DNA of 64,000 nucleotides from Escherichia coli (GTDB lineage Bacteria; Pseudomonadota; Gammaproteobacteria; Enterobacterales; Enterobacteriaceae): NCBI RefSeq assembly GCF_001677475.2, contig NZ_CP015229.1; one strand, 5' to 3'. Shown piece by piece: positions 53,320 to 64,000 of this stretch (position 1 is its first letter; each line of letters starts with the position of its first letter). The notes under the pieces were generated by a model. It saw only the letters and a program-made list of their open reading frames with translations, ran no database searches and was not told where the DNA came from. The position numbers and the translations under genes were made by a program.

Positions 53320-53950
53320 GTATATCGTCATTGAGGGGCTGGAAGGCGCAGGCAAAACTACCGCGCGTAATGTGGTGGTTGAGACGCTCGAGCAACTGGG
53401 TATCCGCGACATGGTTTTCACTCGGGAACCTGGCGGTACGCAACTTGCCGAAAAGTTAAGAAGCCTGGTGCTGGATATCAAATCGGTAGGCGATGAAGTC
53501 ATTACTGATAAAGCCGAAGTTCTGATGTTTTATGCCGCGCGCGTTCAACTGGTAGAAACGGTCATCAAACCTGCGCTGGCTAACGGCACCTGGGTGATTG
53601 GCGATCGCCACGATCTCTCCACTCAGGCGTATCAGGGCGGCGGACGTGGTATTGACCAACATATGCTGGCAACACTGCGTGATGCTGTTCTCGGGGATTT
53701 TCGCCCCGACTTAACGCTCTATCTCGATGTTACCCCGGAAGTTGGCTTAAAACGCGCGCGTGCGCGCGGCGAGCTGGATCGTATTGAGCAAGAGTCTTTC
53801 GATTTTTTTAATCGCACCCGCGCCCGCTATCTGGAACTGGCAGCACAAGATAAAAGCATTCATACCATTGATGCCACCCAGCCGCTGGAGGCCGTGATGG
53901 ATGCAATCCGCACTACCGTGACCAAATGGGTGAAGGAGTTGGACGCATGA
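53309..53950 (+). CDS. tmk: Thymidylate kinase
   Basis: 213 aa; P-loop [10 protein letters not shown]; overlaps mltG by 11 nt. Confidence 0.96.
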   Translation: MRSKYIVIEGLEGAGKTTARNVVVETLEQLGIRDMVFTREPGGTQLAEKLRSLVLDIKSVGDEVITDKAEVLMFYAARVQLVETVIKPALANGTWVIGDRHDLSTQAYQGGGRGIDQHMLATLRDAVLGDFRPDLTLYLDVTPEVGLKRARARGELDRIEQESFDFFNRTRARYLELAAQDKSIHTIDATQPLEAVMDAIRTTVTKWVKELDA

Positions 53951-54951
53951 GATGGTATCCATGGTTACGACCTGATTTCGAAAAACTGGTAGCCAGCTAT
54001 CAGGCCGGAAGAGGTCACCATGCGCTGCTCATTCAGGCGTTACCGGGCATGGGCGATGATGCTTTAATCTACGCCCTGAGCCGTTATTTACTCTGCCAAC
54101 AACCGCAGGGCCACAAAAGTTGCGGTCACTGTCGTGGATGTCAGTTGATGCAGGCTGGCACGCATCCCGATTACTACACCCTGGCTCCCGAGAAAGGGAA
54201 AAATGCGCTGGGCATTGATGCGGTACGTGAAGTCACCGAAAAGTTAAATGAGCACGCACGTTTAGGTGGTGCGAAAGTTGTCTGGGTAACCGATGCTGCC
54301 TTACTGACCGACGCCGCGGCTAACGCATTGCTGAAAACGCTTGAAGAGCCACCAGCAGAAACCTGGTTTTTCCTTGCTACCCGCGAGCCTGAACGTTTAC
54401 TGGCAACATTACGTAGTCGTTGTCGGTTACATTACCTTGCGCCGCCGCCGGAACAGTACGCCGTGACCTGGCTTTCACGCGAAGTGACAATGTCACAGGA
54501 TGCACTACTTGCCGCATTGCGCTTAAGCGCCGGTTCGCCTGGCGCGGCACTGGCGTTGTTTCAGGGAGAAAACTGGCAGGCTCGTGAAACATTGTGTCAG
54601 GCGTTGGCATATAGCGTGCCATCGGGCGACTGGTATTCGCTGCTAGCGGCCCTTAATCATGAACAAGCTCCGGCGCGTTTACACTGGCTGGCAACGTTGC
54701 TGATGGATGCGCTAAAACGCCATCATGGCGCTGCGCAGGTGACCAATGTTGATGTGCCGGGCCTTGTCGCCGAACTGGCAAACCATCTTTCTCCCTCGCG
54801 CCTGCAGGCTATACTGGGGGATGTTTGCCACATTCGTGAACAGTTAATGTCTGTCACAGGCATTAACCGCGAGCTTCTCATCACCGATCTTTTACTGCGT
54901 ATTGAGCATTACCTGCAACCGGGCGTTGTGCTACCGGTTCCTCATCTTTAA
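53947..54951 (+). CDS. holB: DNA polymerase III delta' subunit HolB
   Basis: ORF 53926..54951; start set at [14 protein letters not shown] with ATGA overlap to tmk stop. Confidence 0.92.
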   Translation: MRWYPWLRPDFEKLVASYQAGRGHHALLIQALPGMGDDALIYALSRYLLCQQPQGHKSCGHCRGCQLMQAGTHPDYYTLAPEKGKNALGIDAVREVTEKLNEHARLGGAKVVWVTDAALLTDAAANALLKTLEEPPAETWFFLATREPERLLATLRSRCRLHYLAPPPEQYAVTWLSREVTMSQDALLAALRLSAGSPGAALALFQGENWQARETLCQALAYSVPSGDWYSLLAALNHEQAPARLHWLATLLMDALKRHHGAAQVTNVDVPGLVAELANHLSPSRLQAILGDVCHIREQLMSVTGINRELLITDLLLRIEHYLQPGVVLPVPHL

Positions 54952-54961
54952 GAGAGACATC

Positions 54962-55759
54962 ATGTTTTTAGTCGACTCACACTGCCATCTCGATGGTCTG
55001 GATTATGAATCTTTGCATAAGGACGTGGATGACGTTCTGGCGAAAGCCGCCGCACGCGATGTGAAATTTTGTCTGGCAGTCGCCACAACATTACCGGGTT
55101 ATTTACACATGCGGGATCTGGTAGGTGAACGTGACAACGTCGTATTTTCTTGTGGCGTGCATCCACTCAACCAGAATGATCCCTACGATGTAGAAGATTT
55201 ACGCCGTCTGGCGGCAGAAGAGGGTGTTGTAGCGCTGGGTGAAACCGGGCTGGATTATTATTACACACCGGAAACTAAAGTACGTCAGCAAGAGTCCTTC
55301 ATCCATCATATCCAGATTGGTCGTGAACTGAACAAGCCGGTTATCGTCCATACCCGTGACGCCCGTGCCGATACGCTGGCAATTCTGCGCGAAGAAAAAG
55401 TGACGGATTGCGGTGGCGTACTACACTGTTTTACAGAGGACAGAGAAACGGCGGGTAAATTACTGGATCTCGGATTTTACATCTCCTTTTCCGGCATTGT
55501 GACCTTCCGTAATGCGGAGCAACTGCGCGATGCTGCGCGTTATGTCCCACTGGATCGGTTACTGGTGGAAACTGACTCACCTTACCTTGCGCCGGTACCG
55601 CATCGAGGAAAAGAGAATCAACCTGCGATGGTTCGTGACGTTGCAGAATACATGGCTGTGTTGAAAGGTGTTGCCGTTGAAGAACTGGCGCAGGTAACCA
55701 CCGATAACTTCGCCCGTCTGTTTCACATCGACGCTTCCCGCCTTCAATCCATCCGTTGA
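54962..55759 (+). CDS. ycfH: TatD-family metal-dependent nuclease YcfH
   Basis: ORF 54902..55759; start set at [12 protein letters not shown] (TatD His motif). Confidence 0.9.
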
Positions 55760-56053
55760 ATGAGTTTTTTTAAAGCTCGTAATTAATGGCTAAAACGAGT
55801 AAAGTTCACCGCCGAAAATTGGGCGGTGAATAACCACGTTTGAAATATTGTGACATATGTTTTGTCAAAATGTGCAACTTCTCCAATGATCTGAAGTTGA
55901 AACGTGATAGCCGTCAAACAAATTGGCACTGAATTATTTTACTCTGTGTAATAAATAAAGGGCGCTTAGATGCCCTGTACACGGCGAGGCTCTCCCCCCT
56001 TGCCACGCGTGAGAACGTAAAAAAAGCACCCATACTCAGGAGCACTCTCAATT
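55760..56053 (+). promoter_or_regulatory. ptsG promoter / 5' UTR region
   Basis: 294-bp intergenic region upstream of ptsG; in E. coli this region carries the ptsG promoters, Mlc/CRP operators and the SgrS pairing site, none verified by motif here. Confidence 0.45.
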
Positions 56054-57487
56054 ATGTTTAAGAATGCATTTGCTAACCTGCAAAAGGTCGGTAAATCGCT
56101 GATGCTGCCGGTATCCGTACTGCCTATCGCAGGTATTCTGCTGGGCGTCGGTTCCGCGAATTTCAGCTGGCTGCCCGCCGTTGTATCGCATGTTATGGCA
56201 GAAGCAGGCGGTTCCGTCTTTGCAAACATGCCACTGATTTTTGCGATCGGTGTCGCCCTCGGCTTTACCAATAACGATGGCGTATCCGCGCTGGCCGCAG
56301 TTGTTGCCTATGGCATTATGGTTAAAACCATGGCCGTGGTTGCGCCACTGGTACTGCATTTACCTGCTGAAGAAATCGCCTCTAAACACCTGGCGGATAC
56401 TGGCGTACTCGGGGGGATTATCTCCGGTGCGATCGCAGCGTACATGTTTAACCGTTTCTACCGTATTAAGCTGCCTGAGTATCTTGGCTTCTTTGCCGGT
56501 AAACGCTTTGTGCCGATCATTTCTGGCCTGGCTGCCATCTTTACTGGCGTTGTGCTGTCCTTCATTTGGCCGCCGATTGGTTCTGCAATCCAGACCTTCT
56601 CTCAGTGGGCTGCTTACCAGAACCCGGTAGTTGCGTTTGGCATTTACGGTTTCATCGAACGTTGCCTGGTACCGTTTGGTCTGCACCACATCTGGAACGT
56701 ACCTTTCCAGATGCAGATTGGTGAATACACCAACGCAGCAGGTCAGGTTTTCCACGGCGACATTCCGCGTTATATGGCGGGTGACCCGACTGCGGGTAAA
56801 CTGTCTGGTGGCTTCCTGTTCAAAATGTACGGTCTGCCAGCTGCCGCAATTGCTATCTGGCACTCTGCTAAACCAGAAAACCGCGCGAAAGTGGGCGGTA
56901 TTATGATCTCCGCGGCGCTGACCTCGTTCCTGACCGGTATCACCGAGCCGATCGAGTTCTCCTTCATGTTCGTTGCGCCGATCCTGTACATCATCCACGC
57001 GATTCTGGCAGGCCTGGCATTCCCAATCTGTATTCTTCTGGGGATGCGTGACGGTACGTCGTTCTCGCACGGTCTGATCGACTTCATCGTTCTGTCTGGT
57101 AACAGCAGCAAACTGTGGCTGTTCCCGATCGTCGGTATCGGTTATGCGATTGTTTACTACACCATCTTCCGCGTGCTGATTAAAGCACTGGATCTGAAAA
57201 CGCCGGGTCGTGAAGACGCGACTGAAGATGCAAAAGCGACAGGTACCAGCGAAATGGCACCGGCTCTGGTTGCTGCATTTGGTGGTAAAGAAAACATTAC
57301 TAACCTCGACGCATGTATTACCCGTCTGCGCGTCAGCGTTGCTGATGTGTCTAAAGTGGATCAGGCCGGCCTGAAGAAACTGGGCGCAGCGGGCGTAGTG
57401 GTTGCTGGTTCTGGTGTTCAGGCGATTTTCGGTACTAAATCCGATAACCTGAAAACCGAGATGGATGAGTACATCCGTAACCACTAA
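56054..57487 (+). CDS. ptsG: PTS glucose-specific EIICB component PtsG
   Basis: 477 aa; matches recalled PtsG. Confidence 0.97.
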
Positions 57488-57510
57488 TCCGTAAGACGTT
57501 GGGGAGACTA

Positions 57511-57536
57511 AGGCAGCCATCTGGCTGCCTTTTTTA
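57511..57536 (+). terminator. Rho-independent terminator of ptsG
   Basis: aggcagcc-atct-ggctgcct followed by ttttt. Confidence 0.8.
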
Positions 57537-57546
57537 CAGGTGTTAT

Positions 57547-59736
57547 TCAGAATTGATACGTGCCGGTAATGCTGAAATTACGCGGTGCGCCGTAGACGAT
57601 AGAACCTTCCACGTTGGTATCGTAGGTTTTGTCGAACAGGTTATTGACGTTCCCCTGTAACGAGAAGTTTTTCGTCACCTGGTAGCGGGTGAAGAGATCC
57701 ACCAGCGCGTAGCTACCTTGCTCGGCGCGGAAGGTGCCATACGGTGTCACGGTGTCGGTATACACGCGATTTTGCCAGTTAACACCACCGCCAACTGTCA
57801 GCTCTGGCATGACAGGCAACCGATAGCTGGTGAACATTTTAACCGTGGTGCGTGGCAGATTAGGATTAACGGCGTTTCCTTCGTTATCCTCTGCAATATA
57901 GCGCGTTGCGCCAAATGTCAGCTGCCAGTTGTCGGTAATTGCGCCGTTGAGTTCAAATTCCACCCCTTTACTGACTGTCCCATCCACCGCTTTATAGGCG
58001 GTTTCGCCGTTGCTGCCGGGGATAGGTGTACCGGTGGACTGAGCGACATTATCCTGCTCAATACGGAAGATGGCTAACGTGGTGGTCAGACGGCTATTCA
58101 TCCAGTCCGATTTCAGACCCAGCTCGTAGTTGTTACCGGTGATTGGAGCCAGATATTTGCCTGAACTGTCACGATCATTTTGCGGCTGGAAAATAGAGGT
58201 ATAGCTGGCGTAGGTCGACCAGTTGTCATTGATGTCAAACACCAGACCAGCGTAAGGCGTGGTGTGGTTTTTCTCCATACTGTAAGTCAGCGTATCAACC
58301 CGCCAGTTGGTATAACGTGCGCCGAGGATCAGATGCAGCGGATCGGCAAGGGTGACACGAGTGGCAGCATATAACGATTTCATATGTGTGGTATCGTCCT
58401 GCGCCAGGCTCTGTGGTGACCAGTCGGTTTGTGGGAAATTGCCATTAAAGTGGTAGAAACTGCCAATTTCATCCGGGAAGATGTTGGCCCATGAACTGAA
58501 GTAACGATTGTTTTGTTTGCTGTAACTGCCACCAAACATTAGATTGTGCTGACGACCAAACAATTCATAACTACCGTCAGCGAACAAATCCAGCGCATCA
58601 ACTTTACGTTTGCCGCTGTTCCAACCGGTGCCGCCGACATAATCAAAGCCAGGTCCATAATTACTGTATGGCCCAACCAGCATACCATCCGCTTTGTTTA
58701 CATAGGCATCGACATACATCATTTTGCTGTCAAATTCGACTTCAGAGTGGGTGGCATTCAGCGTCGCTTGCCAGGTATCAGCAAACCGCTGCTTCAGGGT
58801 CATAAAGACCTTGTTGATCTCTTTATCGTTATACGCCCAGTCAGGTGCGGTACTGCGTGCGCGATCGTAACTGTTGCTGCTGCCATCAGTATTCCAGCGC
58901 GGTAAACCGCCCCAGGTTGGGCTATTAACATCAATGCGCTGATATTCGTAACCGGCTGAAAGCGTCGTAAGATCGCCTAAATCAGCATCGACAATGCCGG
59001 AGAAGAAGGTCTTTTCACTGTTGTAGCGGTCCAGCCATGAGTCGTTATTCTGGTAGCCGCCGACAATTCGCGCGCGGATTTTACCATCTTCGGTGAGTGG
59101 GCTTTGTAAATCCGCCACATACCGTTCTTTGTTCCAGCTACCGTATTCCGCCGAGACATCGCCTTTAAATTCACGACTGGTCGCGTGTTTTCGAATCATA
59201 TTAATTGCCGCAGATGGATTACCCGTCCCGGTCATGAGTCCTGTCGCGCCACGCACTACTTCTACGCGTTCAAACAGTGCCATATCAGAAAGTGCGTCGC
59301 CCAGATTCCAGCGCGATTCAAAATAGGTGGGGATACCATCAACCATATAGTTATCGATCTGGAATCCGCGGGAATAGTAAAGAGCACGATCGGAATCCGC
59401 CTGACTTTTGCTGATCCCCAGCGTGTTTTCCATCACTTCGCCCAGCGTTTGCAACTGCTGATCTTCCATCCGCTGCTGGCTAACAATAGTGACCGACTGA
59501 GGAATATCACGTTGAGTCATCTGCATTTTGGTACCTGCAGAGGTAGACGTTACGCTGTAATCATTTTCGCCATCATCTGGAGCTGTGGCTGAACCCTCAA
59601 CAATCACCGTTTCTTCAGTGGCTGGTGCAGCAAAAGCGGCAGAAGGTAATAGTGCCAGTACAATGCAACCGGCAAGGAGTGACGGTTTGGTGATGACTTG
59701 ATATTGATTATCCCTGTTAAATTGTGTTGAAAGCAT
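57547..59736 (-). CDS. fhuE: TonB-dependent ferric coprogen/rhodotorulic acid receptor FhuE
   Basis: 729 aa; signal peptide, plug and beta-barrel domains, C-terminal aromatic residue (...ITGTYQF). Confidence 0.95.
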   Translation of the reverse strand: MLSTQFNRDNQYQVITKPSLLAGCIVLALLPSAAFAAPATEETVIVEGSATAPDDGENDYSVTSTSAGTKMQMTQRDIPQSVTIVSQQRMEDQQLQTLGEVMENTLGISKSQADSDRALYYSRGFQIDNYMVDGIPTYFESRWNLGDALSDMALFERVEVVRGATGLMTGTGNPSAAINMIRKHATSREFKGDVSAEYGSWNKERYVADLQSPLTEDGKIRARIVGGYQNNDSWLDRYNSEKTFFSGIVDADLGDLTTLSAGYEYQRIDVNSPTWGGLPRWNTDGSSNSYDRARSTAPDWAYNDKEINKVFMTLKQRFADTWQATLNATHSEVEFDSKMMYVDAYVNKADGMLVGPYSNYGPGFDYVGGTGWNSGKRKVDALDLFADGSYELFGRQHNLMFGGSYSKQNNRYFSSWANIFPDEIGSFYHFNGNFPQTDWSPQSLAQDDTTHMKSLYAATRVTLADPLHLILGARYTNWRVDTLTYSMEKNHTTPYAGLVFDINDNWSTYASYTSIFQPQNDRDSSGKYLAPITGNNYELGLKSDWMNSRLTTTLAIFRIEQDNVAQSTGTPIPGSNGETAYKAVDGTVSKGVEFELNGAITDNWQLTFGATRYIAEDNEGNAVNPNLPRTTVKMFTSYRLPVMPELTVGGGVNWQNRVYTDTVTPYGTFRAEQGSYALVDLFTRYQVTKNFSLQGNVNNLFDKTYDTNVEGSIVYGAPRNFSITGTYQF

Positions 59737-59804
59737 TTGAAATCTCTTGGTTTATGTTGTCGTCAGGCTCATGCCGGAGGAGGGTGATGAGCGGTTATAT
59801 TTAG

Positions 59805-59870
59805 TGTGCGAATAATTTTGCATGTAAATGCAAATGAGAAATATACGCATTCATATTTGACGTGTAAACC
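59805..59870 (-). promoter_or_regulatory. Putative Fur-regulated promoter region of fhuE
   Basis: AT-rich segment with degenerate GATAAT/ATTATC-like hexamers upstream of fhuE; exact Fur box not pinned down. Confidence 0.3.
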
Positions 59871-60069
59871 AAACAGAGAATGTCTTTTCAGCGCATTCGC
59901 AGGCAGAAATGGGAATAATGGCGATATATACGGCAGCAAAACGATTTTTTGCTTAAGAAATCGTGAGTTAAGGTTGAAAGAGCAGGTTTAACTCGACCAT
60001 ACTCTATACTCGCAGTGTGGCGCGGCGTAGCATGGCGCAACGCATGGCTATTTGAAAAAGGAAAATGTC

Positions 60070-60429
60070 GTGGCAGAAGAAACTATATTCAGCAAAATTA
60101 TTCGTCGTGAGATCCCCTCCGATATCGTCTACCAGGATGATCTGGTAACGGCGTTTCGCGATATTTCGCCGCAAGCGCCAACGCATATTCTGATCATTCC
60201 GAATATCCTCATTCCGACTGTGAACGACGTGTCAGCTGAGCATGAGCAGGCGCTGGGACGCATGATCACCGTAGCGGCAAAAATTGCTGAGCAAGAAGGT
60301 ATTGCCGAAGATGGCTATCGTCTGATCATGAATACCAACCGCCATGGCGGACAAGAGGTTTACCACATCCATATGCACTTGTTGGGTGGCCGTCCGCTGG
60401 GACCAATGCTGGCGCATAAAGGTCTGTAA
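60070..60429 (+). CDS. hinT: Purine nucleoside phosphoramidase HinT (HIT family)
   Basis: ORF 60052..60429; GTG start at 60070 gives (M)[15 protein letters not shown]; HIT motif HIHMHLL. Confidence 0.9.
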   Translation: MAEETIFSKIIRREIPSDIVYQDDLVTAFRDISPQAPTHILIIPNILIPTVNDVSAEHEQALGRMITVAAKIAEQEGIAEDGYRLIMNTNRHGGQEVYHIHMHLLGGRPLGPMLAHKGL

Positions 60430-60431
60430 CG

Positions 60432-60809
60432 ATGAGAAAAGGATGCTTTGGGCTGGTGTCTCTGGCGTTGTTATTGCTGGTGGGCTGTCGTTCACATCCG
60501 GAAATTCCGGTGAATGATGAGCAATCGCTGGTGATGGAGTCATCTTTATTGGCTGCGGGCATCAGTGCAGAAAAGCCCGTCCTTTCGACGTCTGATATTC
60601 AACCTTCAGCATCCTCAACGCTTTATAACGAAAGGCAAGAACCCGTTACCGTTCATTATCGTTTTTACTGGTATGACGCCAGAGGGCTGGAGATGCATCC
60701 TCTGGAAAGGCCACGCAGCGTTACCATTCCTGCACATTCGGCGGTAACGCTGTACGGCAGCGCCAATTTTCTGGGGGCGCACAAAGTCAGACTTTATCTA
60801 TATTTGTAA
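60432..60809 (+). CDS. ycfL: Lipoprotein YcfL
   Basis: 125 aa; lipobox LLLVGCRS. Confidence 0.88.
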   Translation: MRKGCFGLVSLALLLLVGCRSHPEIPVNDEQSLVMESSLLAAGISAEKPVLSTSDIQPSASSTLYNERQEPVTVHYRFYWYDARGLEMHPLERPRSVTIPAHSAVTLYGSANFLGAHKVRLYLYL

Positions 60810-60822
60810 GGGGTGAATCTTG

Positions 60823-61444
60823 ATGACAAAAATGAGTCGCTACGCCTTGATTACCGCGCTGGCGATGTTTCTCGCCGGGTGTGTGGGGCAACGTGAACCT
60901 GCACCGGTAGAAGAAGTGAAACCAGCGCCGGAACAACCAGCCGAGCCACAACAGCCTGTCCCCACAGTGCCCTCGGTGCCGACGATCCCGCAGCAGCCAG
61001 GCCCAATTGAGCACGAAGATCAAACTGCACCGCCTGCGCCGCATATTCGCCATTATGACTGGAATGGCGCAATGCAGCCGATGGTCAGTAAGATGCTTGG
61101 GGCTGACGGGGTGACTGCGGGTAGCGTCCTGCTGGTTGATAGCGTTAACAACCGTACTAACGGTTCGCTGAATGCCGCAGAAGCGACCGAAACGCTGCGA
61201 AATGCGCTGGCTAATAACGGGAAATTTACCCTGGTTTCCGCCCAGCAGCTGTCGATGGCTAAGCAACAGTTAGGTTTGTCGCCGCAGGACAGTTTAGGCA
61301 CCCGTAGTAAAGCCATAGGCATTGCCCGCAATGTCGGCGCTCATTACGTGCTGTACTCCAGCGCCTCTGGCAACGTTAACGCACCGACCCTACAAATGCA
61401 GCTGATGCTGGTGCAGACGGGCGAAATTATCTGGTCAGGTAAAG

Positions 61445-61464
<20 letters not shown>
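60823..61464 (+). CDS. lpoB: PBP1b outer-membrane lipoprotein activator LpoB
   Basis: ORF 60820..61464; start [20 protein letters not shown] (lipobox); Pro-rich linker. Confidence 0.92.
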
Positions 61465-63305
<1,841 letters not shown>

Positions 63306-63327
63306 CCCTGGCTTATGTGAGGAAGCG

Positions 63328-63870
63328 ATGATTATCTATTTACACGGTTTTGACTCTAACAGTCCGGGTAACCACGAGAAAGTCTTACAATTGCAGTTTA
63401 TTGACCCGGATGTACGCTTGATAAGCTACAGTACGCGGCATCCGAAACATGATATGCAGCATCTGCTTAAAGAAGTGGACAAAATGTTACAACTAAACGT
63501 CGACGAGCGTCCGCTAATTTGCGGCGTTGGTCTGGGCGGATACTGGGCGGAACGGATTGGTTTTCTTTGCGACATCCGCCAGGTAATCTTCAACCCTAAT
63601 TTGTTCCCTTATGAGAACATGGAAGGCAAGATTGATCGCCCGGAAGAGTATGCCGATATTGCCACTAAGTGTGTGACCAACTTCCGTGAGAAGAATCGCG
63701 ATCGTTGCCTGGTGATTTTGTCGCGTAATGATGAAGCGCTTAACAGCCAGCGGACATCTGAAGAGCTGCATCATTATTACGAGATTGTCTGGGACGAAGA
63801 GCAGTCGCACAAATTCAAGAATATCTCCCCGCATTTGCAGCGCATTAAAGCGTTCAAAACCCTCGGGTAA
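63328..63870 (+). CDS. ycfP: UPF0227 alpha/beta-hydrolase-fold protein YcfP
   Basis: ORF 63271..63870; start set at [18 protein letters not shown] (180 aa). Confidence 0.88.
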   Translation: MIIYLHGFDSNSPGNHEKVLQLQFIDPDVRLISYSTRHPKHDMQHLLKEVDKMLQLNVDERPLICGVGLGGYWAERIGFLCDIRQVIFNPNLFPYENMEGKIDRPEEYADIATKCVTNFREKNRDRCLVILSRNDEALNSQRTSEELHHYYEIVWDEEQSHKFKNISPHLQRIKAFKTLG

Positions 63871-63945
63871 ATGCCCTCGTCGCATCAGGTAACCTTGCCG
63901 GTACCTGATGCGCCTCTTATCAGGCCTACCAAACGCCCTCCATAC
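63871..63945. repeat. REP-like palindromic element downstream of ycfP
   Basis: cgcatcaggtaaccttgccggtacctgatgcg hairpin followed by gcctcttatcaggcctac. Confidence 0.55.
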
Positions 63946-64000
63946 ACCCCTCACGCTATACCACTCTCACAAATTCGCTCAAATAATAAACAATAAACTC

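Noticed and set aside
56360-57520. 386-aa minus-strand ORF antisense to ptsG
   Set aside because: Fully overlaps ptsG; Arg/Asp-rich nonsense-like product; no RBS context.

Overview
This window is an Escherichia coli-type core chromosome segment, recognised from protein sequences read off the ORF track; no search was run. Gene order is opgC'-opgGH-yceK-msyB-mdtG-lpxL-trhO(yceA)-yceI-yceJ-yceO-solA-bssS-dinI-pyrC-yceB-grxB-mdtH-rimJ-yceH-mviM-murJ, then the flagellar region 1 cluster (flgNM, flgA, flgBCDEFGHIJ, flgKL), rne, rluC, yceF, yceD-rpmF-plsX-fabHDG-acpP-fabF, pabC-mltG-tmk-holB-ycfH, ptsG, fhuE, hinT-ycfL-lpoB-thiK-nagZ-ycfP. The one clearly accessory segment is a ~6.3 kb AT-rich block (about 45.1-51.5 kb) between fabF and pabC, which as I recall are adjacent in K-12. 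It carries a complete six-gene chaperone-usher fimbrial operon on the minus strand: major pilin, PapD-like chaperone, usher, a ~331-aa putative two-domain tip adhesin and two paralogous minor pilins. It has no linked regulator, recombinase, integrase or IS. This operon is the best candidate for a poorly described system here; the adhesin's receptor-binding domain is the part I cannot place. The rest is ordinary core genome with recognisable sigma-28 promoters, a LexA box, REP/BIME repeats and intrinsic terminators. No CRISPR array, rRNA or tRNA gene was seen.
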